Shown here: positions 47,362-57,506 of the stretch, piece after piece
Layout: the number at the start of each line of letters is the position of its first letter
Position numbering within the stretch: position 1 is the first letter of the stretch
Assembly (NCBI GenBank): GCA_022848865.1
Contig: JAJISE010000005.1
Coordinates: 2,930-66,929 of the forward strand
Direction of reading: 5' to 3'
Source of the DNA: Thermoplasmatota archaeon
Lineage (GTDB): Archaea > Thermoplasmatota > Thermoplasmata > RBG-16-68-12 > JAGMCJ01
DNA length: 64,000 bases
Notes under the pieces: model-generated
What the model was told of the DNA's origin: nothing
Databases searched by the model: none
The model's input: only the letters and a program-made list of their open reading frames with translations
Program-made: the position numbers and the translations under genes

Positions 47362-48317
47362 AGGCCTCGGCTGTCGCACATCCGATCCAGGGCCTGATAA
47401 AGTACCACGGCCTCGAGGACGAGAGGCTCCGCCTCCCGTTCCATGACTCCATAAGCGTGTGCACGGCGCCTCTCGCCACCCGCACAACGATCGAGTTCGG
47501 GGAGGGGGAGACGAGCAGCGCCACGATAGGCGAGGAGCCGGCCACCGGAAGGGAGTTCGAGAGGATCGCAGACGTCGTCGGCCCCGTCCTTCGGCTGGCT
47601 GGCGCTGACCTGAAGTTCAAGATGATGTCCGAGAACAACTTCTCCTCGAACATTGGCCTGGGCGCGTCTTCGTCCGGCTTCGCAGCGCTCGCCCTGGCAA
47701 GCTGCAGAGCGCTCGGACTGGAGCTCGGCGACAAGGAGGTCTCGCGAATCGCCAGAATGGGTGCTGCCTCCGCCGCCCGGTCCGTGACCGGCGCATTCTC
47801 CCGCCTGAGAAGGGGCATCGGTGACGAGGACACATACTCCCAACAGATAGCTTCAGAGGACCTTGAGATGGGGATCATAGTCGCCCTCGTTCCCGCCTTC
47901 AAGCGGACGGAGGACGCCCACAGGGACGCCCCGTCCTCCCCGTTCTTCCGCTCGAGACTGGCGGAGATGCCCATTATGATCGACAAGATGGAGCTCGCCA
48001 TCAGGCAGAGGGAAGTGGGCAGGATCTGCGAGCTTGCCGAGAGGGACACGCTGATGCTTCACGGGATCACGATGACAGGGGCAACGGAGATGCTCCTCTG
48101 GCGACCGGAGACGATGAGCGTGATCCTGAAGGTCAGGAACATGCGGGAGAGGGGGATAACCGCCTTCTTCTCGATCGACACCGGCGCGACGGTCTACGTC
48201 AACACGTTCCCAAACAGGGTGAAGGAGGTCAGGGCTGAGATCGAGGACCTGGGCGTTGACACCATAGAGTGCACGGTTGGCGGAGAGGCCAGAGAGGTCA
48301 AGGACCACCTTTTCTGA
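47358..48317 (+). CDS. GHMP-kinase-fold mevalonate (phospho/diphospho) decarboxylase family protein
   Basis: N-terminal IKYHGLEDE...SISV and GLGASSSG motifs that match MVD/PMD-type decarboxylases. Confidence 0.7.
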   Translation: MKASAVAHPIQGLIKYHGLEDERLRLPFHDSISVCTAPLATRTTIEFGEGETSSATIGEEPATGREFERIADVVGPVLRLAGADLKFKMMSENNFSSNIGLGASSSGFAALALASCRALGLELGDKEVSRIARMGAASAARSVTGAFSRLRRGIGDEDTYSQQIASEDLEMGIIVALVPAFKRTEDAHRDAPSSPFFRSRLAEMPIMIDKMELAIRQREVGRICELAERDTLMLHGITMTGATEMLLWRPETMSVILKVRNMRERGITAFFSIDTGATVYVNTFPNRVKEVRAEIEDLGVDTIECTVGGEAREVKDHLF

Positions 48318-48356
48318 GAAGTCGGTCCAACGTCAGAGGTAGGCGGTAAGAATATA

Positions 48357-49019
48357 GTGCAAAGCGCGTTTCCCGTACGCGTGAGGATAATCATTCTCGG
48401 CCCGCCAAGTTCTGGCAAAGGTACCCAGGCCTCGGTGCTTGCGAAGGAACACGGTGTCCCGCACATCTCCACCGGGGACATCCTCAGGGGCGAGGTCGAC
48501 AGGAAGACGGAGCTCGGACAGAAGGCCGCGTCCTACATGTCCGAGGGGAGGCTCGTCCCGGACGGTCTCGTAATCAGGAAGATAGAGAGCAGACTCTCCC
48601 AGGAGGACTGCGCGCGAGGTTTCATCCTCGACGGCTACCCAAGGACTGTGGAGCAGGCGGTAGCACTGGACAAGATTGCTGCACCGGATGTCGTCCTTCA
48701 CATCGACGTGACTGAGGAAGAGATAATCAGGCGGGCGACCGGGAGGAGGGTCTGCAAGACCTGCGGGGCGATATTCCACGTGGAGTTCAGCCCACCAAAG
48801 ACCGCCGAGGTCTGCGACATCTGCGGCTCGAAGCTGGTCATCCGAGAGGACGACGCCGAGCCCACGGTCAGAAAGAGACTGGGGGTCTATCGGGAATTGA
48901 CCGCGCCTCTGATCGAGAGGTACGGCGATATGCTCGTCTCGATCGACGGGAACGGCACTCCGGACGAGACGCTCGAGCGGGCTCGGAGCGCTTTGAGAGA
49001 CGTTGGCAGAAACGCATAA
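48357..49019 (+). CDS. adk: Adenylate kinase with a zinc-lid
   Basis: GPPSSGKGTQ P-loop. CKTCG...CDICG lid. Confidence 0.85.
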   Translation: MQSAFPVRVRIIILGPPSSGKGTQASVLAKEHGVPHISTGDILRGEVDRKTELGQKAASYMSEGRLVPDGLVIRKIESRLSQEDCARGFILDGYPRTVEQAVALDKIAAPDVVLHIDVTEEEIIRRATGRRVCKTCGAIFHVEFSPPKTAEVCDICGSKLVIREDDAEPTVRKRLGVYRELTAPLIERYGDMLVSIDGNGTPDETLERARSALRDVGRNA

Positions 49020-49058
49020 ATATCCACTAACCGTTGATGAGTACAGTGGTGGATTGCC

Positions 49059-49445
49059 GTGGATGATTTTCAGTGGCAGGTCCTGAACACGGCGGCTAAG
49101 AGAGGATACTACGGGGCCTCCAGGGAAGACCTCTTCTCAGACATAAGAGGTGTCAGATACAAGCAGCTTGAGGAAGCCGTCAGGGCTCTGGAGGAGGACG
49201 GTTGTGTGGAGGTCGAGTGGACCGGACCCAACAAGTTCGTCGTCAACATCACGGAGAAGGGCACCGAGACTGTCAAGACCGAGTACAAGGAGCGTCTGGC
49301 CGAGTACGAGAAGAGGATCGAGGAGCAGAAGGCCGCCGCAGCCGACAAGGAGCCCGAGGCCCTCTTCCAGTGCGGCAACTGCAATGCGCTGGTCAGTCAG
49401 GACTCGAAAGAGTGTCCCGAGTGCGGGGCCAAGTTCGAGGGTTAG
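49059..49445 (+). CDS. Hypothetical protein with a winged-helix-like N-terminal half and a C-terminal zinc ribbon
   Basis: CGNC...CPECG at the C-terminus. 128 aa. Confidence 0.5.
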   Translation: MDDFQWQVLNTAAKRGYYGASREDLFSDIRGVRYKQLEEAVRALEEDGCVEVEWTGPNKFVVNITEKGTETVKTEYKERLAEYEKRIEEQKAAAADKEPEALFQCGNCNALVSQDSKECPECGAKFEG

Positions 49446-50335
49446 CTGTACGCCTCAGCGAGTGCCTGGTCCTTTCTCCACTTCTCCTCAGCATACTTCT
49501 GAAGGGTAGCTAGGTTCTCTTTCGTCAGGTGCCTGAACCTGCCCTGGAGCTTGGTGTACTCCTCCACGGGAGTCATCTTCGGCTTCTTGTTGATGGTCAT
49601 CTTCCCGTCCTCGAACTCGTAGAGGGTCCAGAGACCGGTGTTGACGACCATCTTGGAGATCTTCGCTCCCAAGCTGGAGTCCATCCGCCAGCCAGGTGGG
49701 CATGGCGAGTATATCTGGATATACCGGAAGCAGCCCTTCTTGTTCTTCGCGTTTTCCAGCTTCTTCAGAAGGTCGGGAATGAATCCAAGAGTGGCGGTCG
49801 CGACGTAAGGCGCATCGTGGGCGATCATGATTCGCGGGATGTCCTTCTTGTACTCGCCCTTGCCTGCCTCGACGCTCCCAACTGGAGTGGTGGTCGTCCA
49901 AGCACCGAAGGGTGTTGCCCCGCTCCGCTGAATGCCAGTGTTCATGTAGGCCTCGTTGTCGTAGCAGACGTAGATGATGTCCTCGTTCCTCTCCGCGGCT
50001 CCGGAAAGAGCCTGTATCCCGATGTCTGCGGTCCCACCGTCGCCCGCGAAGGCAACGACACTTGTGTCCGTCTTCCCCAGCCTCTTGAGCGCCCTGCTTA
50101 TCCCGGCGGCGCATATCGCGGAGTTCTCGAAGAGAACGTGAAGGTATGGAACCTTGAACGAGTTGAGCGGGTAGGTCCCGCCAAAGACCAGCAGACAGTT
50201 CGCCGGGAAGTAGGTTATCGTGTCAGGCCCGAAGACCTTCATCGCGATCTTCGCGACCGTCGCACCGCCACAGCCTGGGCAGGCCGTGTGTCCGTTAACA
50301 AACCAATCCTCTTCAGGCAGATCCTTCATCTTCAT
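49442..50335 (-). CDS. porB: Pyruvate/2-oxoacid:ferredoxin oxidoreductase beta subunit (TPP-binding)
   Basis: CPGCG motif. TPP-binding GDG...N region. Start trimmed to MKMKDLPEE. Confidence 0.85.
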   Translation of the reverse strand: MKMKDLPEEDWFVNGHTACPGCGGATVAKIAMKVFGPDTITYFPANCLLVFGGTYPLNSFKVPYLHVLFENSAICAAGISRALKRLGKTDTSVVAFAGDGGTADIGIQALSGAAERNEDIIYVCYDNEAYMNTGIQRSGATPFGAWTTTTPVGSVEAGKGEYKKDIPRIMIAHDAPYVATATLGFIPDLLKKLENAKNKKGCFRYIQIYSPCPPGWRMDSSLGAKISKMVVNTGLWTLYEFEDGKMTINKKPKMTPVEEYTKLQGRFRHLTKENLATLQKYAEEKWRKDQALAEAYS

Positions 50336-51519
50336 GGCTGCACCCCCCTGGTGCCTATCCAAGTGACCTCTTTCTCGACCCGGTCATTCTTGGCCGCCTC
50401 GAGCGTCCTTTCGAACATAAGCCTGATGTCCTTCACCATCACGTCCCTGCCGCCGAGGCCCGCCAGGAACCCCAGGACGGGAATCGTGGAGTGCCCGTAC
50501 AATGCGCTCTTCGTGTCCATGTAGTTCGGTCCTCCAGTGCCGAAGGACATCGCCCTGTCGTAGACGCCGAGCGCCTTCACCCGCGAGGCTATGTCCCTGA
50601 TGATCTCCGTCGGATATGGACGGAACCATCTCATCTTCACCAGTCCAACGCTCTTGCCCTCGTCTCTCAGCTCATCCACGACATCCCTGGTCGTCGCGGA
50701 CACCGTTCCAAGCGTGATGAGTCCGACCTCGGCATCGTCCATGCGGTATTCCTCTACCGCCCCGCCGTAGTCGCGACCGAACTTCTTTGCGAACTCGTCG
50801 TTCACTTGCTTAATCACTTCCTTCGCGTTCTGGGTGCTCTCCTCGGTCTGGTATCTGAACTCCTGGATGTATTCCGGGGAGGCGAACGAACCCACGACCA
50901 TCGGGTCCTTGGGCCTGAGGTACGCGTGCTTCGGATCGTAGCGGGGAAGGAACTCGTCCACGTCCTTCTGGTCGGGGAACTCGACCGGCTCGACCGTGTG
51001 AGAGAGAATGAATGCATCGAGGTTCACCATCACCGGCAGGAGGACCTTGGTGTTCTCCGCGACCTTGTATGCCTGGACCACCATGTCCAGAACCTCCTGG
51101 TTGTTCTCGCAGAAGCACTGCAGCCAGCCGCTGTCCCTCTCCGCCATCGTGTCGTTGTGCTCGCACCAGATGCCAATGGGAGCTGCGATCGTCCTGTTGA
51201 CGACGGGCATGACTATCGGCAGGTGAAGCCCCGCCGCCACGTAGAGGACCTCGTGCATGAGCGCGAGACCCTGCGAGGATGTCGCCGTGTAGGACCTCAC
51301 GCCGGTCGCGGTCGCAGCAACGCACGCGCTCATGGCGCTATGCTCGCTCTCGACGGGCATGTACTCAGCGTCGAGCTTGCCGTCGTTCACGAACTCGGAG
51401 ACGTGCTCCACGATGAACGTCTGGGGTGTTATCGGGTAGGCAGCTATCACCTCGACCCGCGAGAGCAGCGCTCCGTAGGCGGCGGCATAGTTACCTGTGA
51501 CGATTCTTTTCTCGACCAT
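50332..51519 (-). CDS. porA: Pyruvate/2-oxoacid:ferredoxin oxidoreductase alpha subunit
   Basis: MVEKRIVTGNYAAAYGA... alpha-subunit N-terminus. TAATG overlap with porGD. Confidence 0.85.
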   Translation of the reverse strand: MVEKRIVTGNYAAAYGALLSRVEVIAAYPITPQTFIVEHVSEFVNDGKLDAEYMPVESEHSAMSACVAATATGVRSYTATSSQGLALMHEVLYVAAGLHLPIVMPVVNRTIAAPIGIWCEHNDTMAERDSGWLQCFCENNQEVLDMVVQAYKVAENTKVLLPVMVNLDAFILSHTVEPVEFPDQKDVDEFLPRYDPKHAYLRPKDPMVVGSFASPEYIQEFRYQTEESTQNAKEVIKQVNDEFAKKFGRDYGGAVEEYRMDDAEVGLITLGTVSATTRDVVDELRDEGKSVGLVKMRWFRPYPTEIIRDIASRVKALGVYDRAMSFGTGGPNYMDTKSALYGHSTIPVLGFLAGLGGRDVMVKDIRLMFERTLEAAKNDRVEKEVTWIGTRGVQP

Positions 51520-52409
51520 TATCTCACCATCTCTATCGCATCGGCGGGACAGACCTCTTCGCATATCCCGCATCCCTTGCAGTAGTCCATATCAAAGCCC
51601 ACCTTCTTGGGCGGCTCGAGCCGCTTGATCGCCGCATCGGGACAGTAGAACCAGCACATGAGGCAGTTGTTGCAGGCCTCCTCGTCGTACTTCGGTGTGA
51701 AGGTCCTCCAGCTGCCCGTCTTGTTCTCTACAGAGCTGCCGGGTCCGACGAGGCCGGAATCCGTCTTCGTCGGCTTGGTCGCGAGGCTCAGAGGCATCTC
51801 CTGGTAGGTCGGAAGCCACTTCTTCGCCTCCGGGTACTTCCTTTCGGCCTTGCACTTCCCGATCTTGATTCTGTCGTGCGCCGCGGCGGCTGCGCGTGCG
51901 TTCTTCTCCGCCAGCTTGTCTCCGATCCTGGGTCCGAATATGTCCAGTATCCCCTGCTTCACCGAGTCGATTGAGACAAGGCCCGTGGCGGCCGCGAAAG
52001 CGCCCAGTATGGCGCTGTTGGTTATGGGCGCTCCCAGAACCTCGAGCGCGACCGTTGTGGCGTCCACCGTCGCGGTCTTCACCGACATCCCCAGATCGAC
52101 CTCCTCCGGGTCGAGCGGGGAGTTCAGGATGGCCATCCCATCTGGAGAGAGCCCCTCCGCGACATTGACAAAGTCCATGAGCTTTTCGTCAAGGACGACG
52201 ATGTAATCTGGGTTGTAGACCCTCGTCTTGATGTTTATCTTGTTCTCATCCACTCGCGTGAACGCGAGCACAGGTGCGCCTCTCCTCTCGGCACCGAACC
52301 ATGGAAAAGCCACCGCGTAGTTGCCTTCCACGAAGGCAGCGGCGGCGAGCGCCTGAGCGGCCATGACGGCTCCCTGTCCTCCTCTTCCGTGAAATCTGAC
52401 TTCGTACAC
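51519..52409 (-). CDS. porGD: Fused gamma-delta subunit of pyruvate/2-oxoacid:ferredoxin oxidoreductase
   Basis: N-terminal gamma (VYEVRFHGRGGQGA) and C-terminal delta with two 4Fe-4S motifs (CNNCLMCWFYCP, CKGCGICEEVCP). GTG start with GGAGG 8 nt upstream. Confidence 0.8.
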   Translation of the reverse strand: MYEVRFHGRGGQGAVMAAQALAAAAFVEGNYAVAFPWFGAERRGAPVLAFTRVDENKINIKTRVYNPDYIVVLDEKLMDFVNVAEGLSPDGMAILNSPLDPEEVDLGMSVKTATVDATTVALEVLGAPITNSAILGAFAAATGLVSIDSVKQGILDIFGPRIGDKLAEKNARAAAAAHDRIKIGKCKAERKYPEAKKWLPTYQEMPLSLATKPTKTDSGLVGPGSSVENKTGSWRTFTPKYDEEACNNCLMCWFYCPDAAIKRLEPPKKVGFDMDYCKGCGICEEVCPADAIEMVR

Positions 52410-52599
52410 ACTCCCAACCTCCGGGGAACAAAGCCAATACAAGTGTTGAACATAAACCTTGCGTGTCAAGTCGTACCGCTGGAGGTTCTCTCACCCGCGA
52501 CGACAGATTCCACCGATGTCCCTGCGTGTCTCCTGATTCAGGTCTGACCGCGTTCCGAGGGCGAAAGGAATTAAAGGCGTGGGATTATGATGAGGGCGG

Positions 52600-52673
52600 G
52601 CCCGAGTGGGGTAGCTTGGACATCCTAGAAGCCTGCGGAGCTTCGGACCCGGATTCAAATTCCGGCTCGGGCA
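52600..52673 (+). tRNA. tRNA-Arg (anticodon GCG)
   Basis: Acceptor stem GCCCGAG/CTCGGGC (7 bp). U8. D-arm. Anticodon stem GAAGC/GCTTC with loop CUGCGGA. T-arm CCGGA-TTCAAAT-TCCGG. Discriminator A. No encoded CCA. TTAAAGG about 25 nt upstream. Confidence 0.8.
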
Positions 52674-52720
52674 CTACATCTTTGCAGGGCTAACAAGAAT
52701 TCATCTATCTGAGTGCATTA

Positions 52721-53344
52721 GTGATTCGTATGCGAAGTCCCGCGAGGTTGGGCGGCATCTTTGGACTGGTTCTCATAGCATGCTTCCTGGCGGGATACAT
52801 CACGGCATGGGCGTTGAGTCCGTGGTATGGTTTTGGCGGGGACTACCTGAGCGATCTGGGTATCGGCGAGGGAGCGTTCGCCTTCAACATCGGCGTGATG
52901 TCAGCGGGGCTCATCACGATTCCATTCGCTTGGGGGCTATGGAACGCTCTGCGGGAACACATCCTTGGGAAGCTGGGCAGCCTCGTGTGCGCCTTGGCGG
53001 GGATCTTCCTGTTCCTCGTTGGTGTCTTCCCGGAGGACCAGGTGCCGACCCACTACATCGTCAGCGTATCCTTCTTCGCATCGCTCGGGGTGGCACTGAT
53101 CATCCTGGCTCTTCCGATGATCCGCTCTCCCGTTTTCCGGCGGGTGGCGGCGCCGCTCACGGTCGTCATCATCGTCCTATCGATCGTGCTGGCAATATCG
53201 ATCTTCCTGGTCATCCCGATGGAGGCGGGCCCGCTGATGGAGACCATTGCGGTGCTTGAGGCCCTCGTGTGGGTGTTCGTCGCATCCGTGCAGATGATCC
53301 TCTTCGCCCGCTCAGAGCAAGAAGAGATCCAGGCGCAAGAATGA
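52721..53344 (+). CDS. Polytopic membrane protein, hypothetical
   Basis: Six or more predicted TM helices. No recognisable catalytic motif. Confidence 0.6.
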   Translation: MIRMRSPARLGGIFGLVLIACFLAGYITAWALSPWYGFGGDYLSDLGIGEGAFAFNIGVMSAGLITIPFAWGLWNALREHILGKLGSLVCALAGIFLFLVGVFPEDQVPTHYIVSVSFFASLGVALIILALPMIRSPVFRRVAAPLTVVIIVLSIVLAISIFLVIPMEAGPLMETIAVLEALVWVFVASVQMILFARSEQEEIQAQE

Positions 53345-53345
53345 A

Positions 53346-54221
53346 TCACTCGAAGAGCTTGGCGGAGCTCCGGTCGAGCGGGACGCCCATGCTCTCCGCA
53401 ATCGGCATGCATTTCGCCCGAGCAAGATAGGCGATCGGCCTGTAGTCCTGATCGGAGAAGGACTCCCAGTTCGCCATGCCCTTGCAGATTATCAGGTTGC
53501 CTCCCTCCAGCTTCCCCTTCAGGGTGCTGCCCAGGCGATCGAAGTCCACGCCCACCGCGAACGCGTTCGTGGTCAGGACCTCGTCCGCCAGCTCGTCCAG
53601 GTGGAACTCCCGCGCGTCCTCCATGGTCGCATCCGTGAGGATTGGCTCGCCCCTCACGACGTAGGAGACCCTCCCGCCGAACTTCTTCAGTTCCTTGATC
53701 AGGAGCCTGTCGAAGACTATCTCACCGGCGTTGTCCCCGAAAAGCAGGACCTCCTCCGATCCGGAGAGCATCTCCTTGATCCTGGGAGTGTCGTCATGCC
53801 CCAAGCCCTCCAAGCAGAGGTCCTCGAAGACCGACTCCAGTTCCTCCGGCCCGCCGATCTTCGATGCGATGCCGAAATCCAGAACGTTCCCCGCGATCGA
53901 ACATATCACCGCCGCCTTGAAGGGGTCCTCAGACCCGCGGACGAGCTCCTCCGCGCGGGGATAGAGCTTCAGCGCGATGTCGTTGCATCTCTTCTTGATG
54001 TCCTTGTACGGGTCGTCCGTGCCCAGCAGATCGTACACAGCCCGATGAACCTTGGTCGCCACTTCCGCCGAGTTCGAGTTCTCGCCGAACTCGCAGAGAA
54101 GGACGTCCGCGGCGGCCTTCATCGCTTCGTAGCCGAGTTCCGGATTCACGAGGTTCGTCTCGTAGAGCGACCGCCGAAGCAGGCAGGGAAAGCACTCTGG
54201 CGTGATCTTCATCGTCCGCAA
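53346..54221 (-). CDS. DUF89-family (ARMT1-like damage-control phosphatase) protein
   Basis: N-terminal ECFPC motif. DUF89 length and conserved acidic metal-binding residues. Confidence 0.7.
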   Translation of the reverse strand: MRTMKITPECFPCLLRRSLYETNLVNPELGYEAMKAAADVLLCEFGENSNSAEVATKVHRAVYDLLGTDDPYKDIKKRCNDIALKLYPRAEELVRGSEDPFKAAVICSIAGNVLDFGIASKIGGPEELESVFEDLCLEGLGHDDTPRIKEMLSGSEEVLLFGDNAGEIVFDRLLIKELKKFGGRVSYVVRGEPILTDATMEDAREFHLDELADEVLTTNAFAVGVDFDRLGSTLKGKLEGGNLIICKGMANWESFSDQDYRPIAYLARAKCMPIAESMGVPLDRSSAKLFE

Positions 54222-54261
54222 TAAGACAGAAATCTCTTATAAGGATGCGCCCACAACACGC

Positions 54262-55359
54262 CTACTTCAGCAGGCCCAGCTGGGTCAGCTTCTCCGGCAG
54301 GTACGTGTCCGTCGCGAAGTCCAGCCCGTACTTCGCCAGCGCCTGCTGCTCCGCCTTCTTCTTGATCTTCAGCATCAGCTCGATCTCGTCCTTCCAGAAC
54401 CTGTCCTTGAACCTCGGGTCCGTGAGCTCCGACTCGAGCGCCTTGACGTCCACCCCGCTCAGCTTGTCCGTGGGGAGGTCGTAGTTCAGTATGTCCGTGG
54501 CGGTTATCCCCAGGTACACGGCCGTCGGGGTCGCCAGGTACTCGGAGATGTGAGCGGTCTTGATCGCCCCGTACGCAACGGACGCGAATATCCTGAAGGA
54601 CCACGGGTCGCAATCCGTGAACACGATTAGCGGGACGCCCATCTCCTCGTTCAGCCGCTTCATGAACCTGCGCGTCGAGCGGGCGGGCTGACCCTTCAGG
54701 TGGATCAGGAAGCACCTCGAGTCCTCGTCGAAGCCGTTCTCCACGAGCCTGTCGAACATGCCGCCGGTCTCTATCGCAATGGCGAAGTCAACATCGGAGT
54801 CGATGAAGCGTATCTTGTCCTTCTCGACGTTGTACGGGATCCCGTACCCTGAGTCGCCGACATCGTCGCGGCAGTTGATCTTCTTCTTGACTCCCTTCCT
54901 GTTCGTCTCCTCGATCGTGACGTTGCCCATCACCCTGGCACCGTCCTCCTCGGGCCTGAGCTTGAAGTCCTCGCGCATGCATCCCGTGATTATCTCCATG
55001 TCCTCCGCGAGGTGGTTGGACTCGTTCTGCGACCCGAACTTCGCCAGCCCCCAGCCCTCCGAGATGTAGTACATCTCCCTCAGCGTCGAGGACTTGGACT
55101 GCTCGATCATCTCCCTTATGAAGTCGAGCATGTACATCGTGCGGAGGAGCATGTACGCCCCGCGGAGCTTCTTGGCGGTCCTCGAGCCCTTGGCCTTGCC
55201 GTACTTCCAGACGCCCTTCCGGGGCATGAAGTTGATGTTGCTCTTCGTCCTCAGCGGGATGCTCATCCCCGGGATGTCGCCGGACTCGAGCTGGTCGTAG
55301 ATGCTCTCGGCGATGTGATAGAGCTCCTCAATGGGTTTCTGATTCCTGTTGTTCTCCAT
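54262..55359 (-). CDS. top6A: DNA topoisomerase VI subunit A (Spo11-like)
   Basis: Winged-helix domain with catalytic Tyr and a Toprim domain. The start is uncertain (Met at 55359 or 55392) and overlaps the top6B 3' end. Confidence 0.85.
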   Translation of the reverse strand: MENNRNQKPIEELYHIAESIYDQLESGDIPGMSIPLRTKSNINFMPRKGVWKYGKAKGSRTAKKLRGAYMLLRTMYMLDFIREMIEQSKSSTLREMYYISEGWGLAKFGSQNESNHLAEDMEIITGCMREDFKLRPEEDGARVMGNVTIEETNRKGVKKKINCRDDVGDSGYGIPYNVEKDKIRFIDSDVDFAIAIETGGMFDRLVENGFDEDSRCFLIHLKGQPARSTRRFMKRLNEEMGVPLIVFTDCDPWSFRIFASVAYGAIKTAHISEYLATPTAVYLGITATDILNYDLPTDKLSGVDVKALESELTDPRFKDRFWKDEIELMLKIKKKAEQQALAKYGLDFATDTYLPEKLTQLGLLK

Positions 55360-57367
55360 ACGAATCCTCCTCGAGTTCCTCGTCAACCTCATCGTAATCG
55401 ACTTCTTCCGCGGGCGTCTCGGGCGCCTCGTCCGCCTCTGGCTCCTCGTCCGTCTCGAGCCGCTTGAACTCCCTGACCTCGATGTCCCAGTCACCGGGCA
55501 GGGGTTCGGCCCCGATGATGAACTTCGGATTGATCCCGCTCACGTACAGCTCGGTCTCGTCGTAGTCGTCCGAGTCGAGACCCGAGAGGGTGAAGGAGAT
55601 CTCCTCCTTCTTGGACGAGGGGATCCTCTTCAGCGTCCACGTAACCTTCCCGCTGTCCTTCACCTCGCTGGGCTTGGGGTTCACGGAATCCATGTCCAGG
55701 TTCCCGTTCGGAATGATGGCATGGAGCGTGAGCTTCTTCGCAGAAGGTGTGTAGTTGTAGATGTCTATCGTCACCTTATGCCTCTTCTTCGAGAACTCCA
55801 CGCTCTCGTCTATCCAGATGACGTCCATTATCTTCGTTATGGTCCTGTCCAGGTTCGGGATCTCCCTGTGGATTATGCCCGCGCTCTTCGTCGCGATCTC
55901 GGGCAGTATCTTCTGGACTATCTCGAACTTCTCCTGCGTCTTCGCCCTCTTCTTCTTCTTGTTGAGGTGTGTCCTCAGCTTCCTCCCGCAGGCCATCAAC
56001 CCGCGCTTGATCTCCTCGGTGATCAGGGCGATGTTGGCGACCGCGTCCTTCGCCTCCGATGTGAACGGCACCTTCGTCGAGGCCAGGTGGACGAGGATTA
56101 TGGCGGGTCCGAAGGGCAGTCCCCTCCCGCCGCGCTGCTCCAGCCCGTACCTTCTCCAGTCAACCTGCTCCAGCCCCACCGTGAGGGCGCATCCTCCCTG
56201 ATGGTAGAGCAGCGGCACCCTGTTCGCGTACCTCAGGACCTCGACCTGCTGGTCCGCGGGGATATCGCCCCCGTAGACGATGCCGACCTCCACTGCGAAG
56301 GGGTTGCCGGCGAACACGGACGCCTCGCGCGTCACGGGCGGGCAGTAGAACTCCGGCTTCAGGTCCCCGAGCACGTTCTTGAGTCCCTTCCTGATGAGCC
56401 TCTCGCCGATCGGGGACAGGCAGTCCGTCGGCGGGGACATTATCTTGACCTTCTTTATGGCCTTCAGTATCGCCCTGCCCTGCTCGAGGTTCAGCCTCTT
56501 CGGCTTCATGTCCTGGGCGATTTCCGCCTTCTCGCAGATCTCCCTCGCAACCCTGTAGCTTATCCTCTCGAACTCGGTCTTGAGGAAGGAGACCATCTTG
56601 ATGTTCTTGGTGTACTTGGCCATCTTCATCAGCATTCCGAGCTCGATCCCGTACGGGTGCGGCCTGATCTCCTTCGTGGGCGTCGGGAGCTCATCCGTCG
56701 CCCGCTCGAAGATCACGTGCTCCCCGTTGGGTGACTTGTACTCGATCCTGGCGTGCGGGTTCACGATCGCAGTTGCCCGCAGGTACTCGTACACGGACTG
56801 CTTCCCGCTGACGTACCTGCCGCGGACGATGGCCTCGAACCGCGTCCCGTGCTCCTTGTCCCAGACGACGAAGTCGTCCCTCACCTTCTGGGGCTTGTTC
56901 TTCTTCGTGTCGAGCATTAGCTCGATCTCGTAGGCGACGTCCTGCTCCTTCACCTTCGTCCGGATCTTGGCGGGCCTGCCGGTCGTGAGCTGCGCGTACA
57001 TGACGACCGCTGAGATCCCGATTCCCTGGGCCCCCCTCGCCTGCCGCAGGCTGTGGAATCTCGACCCGTAGAGCAGCTTGCCGAATATCTTCGGGACCAC
57101 CCGCTTGATTATGCCGGGTCCGTTGTCCTCGATTATCACCTTGTACTCGTTCCTGGAGAGCTTCTCCAGCTCGACGTAGAGGTCGGGAAGTATGCCCGCC
57201 TCCTCCGCTGCATCGAGACTGTTCTCCACTCCCTCCTTCACCGACGTGATGAGCGCTCTCGTGAGCGAGTCGAAACCGAGTATGTGCTTGTTCCTCTCGA
57301 AGAACTCCGATACGGATATCTCCCTCTGTTTCTGAGCCAGCCTCTCGGCTATAGATTTCACTGCCAA
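55328..57367 (-). CDS. top6B: DNA topoisomerase VI subunit B (GHKL ATPase) with a long acidic C-terminal tail
   Basis: Bergerat-fold motifs (ENSLDA, GPGI, GxxGxG) and transducer domain. 679 aa. Confidence 0.9.
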   Translation of the reverse strand: MAVKSIAERLAQKQREISVSEFFERNKHILGFDSLTRALITSVKEGVENSLDAAEEAGILPDLYVELEKLSRNEYKVIIEDNGPGIIKRVVPKIFGKLLYGSRFHSLRQARGAQGIGISAVVMYAQLTTGRPAKIRTKVKEQDVAYEIELMLDTKKNKPQKVRDDFVVWDKEHGTRFEAIVRGRYVSGKQSVYEYLRATAIVNPHARIEYKSPNGEHVIFERATDELPTPTKEIRPHPYGIELGMLMKMAKYTKNIKMVSFLKTEFERISYRVAREICEKAEIAQDMKPKRLNLEQGRAILKAIKKVKIMSPPTDCLSPIGERLIRKGLKNVLGDLKPEFYCPPVTREASVFAGNPFAVEVGIVYGGDIPADQQVEVLRYANRVPLLYHQGGCALTVGLEQVDWRRYGLEQRGGRGLPFGPAIILVHLASTKVPFTSEAKDAVANIALITEEIKRGLMACGRKLRTHLNKKKKRAKTQEKFEIVQKILPEIATKSAGIIHREIPNLDRTITKIMDVIWIDESVEFSKKRHKVTIDIYNYTPSAKKLTLHAIIPNGNLDMDSVNPKPSEVKDSGKVTWTLKRIPSSKKEEISFTLSGLDSDDYDETELYVSGINPKFIIGAEPLPGDWDIEVREFKRLETDEEPEADEAPETPAEEVDYDEVDEELEEDSYGEQQESETH

Positions 57368-57506
57368 ACTCTCACCAACCCGGGGTGCATCCCATGAACT
57401 CCCTCATTGTCTATATCGAGAGTGAGATATTTAAGTTTGATGACTGGACAGGGAAGTGTTCCCGCCGAGAACAAGTCCGAAAGAGCCGCTTGCGCCGCTG
57501 AGGACC

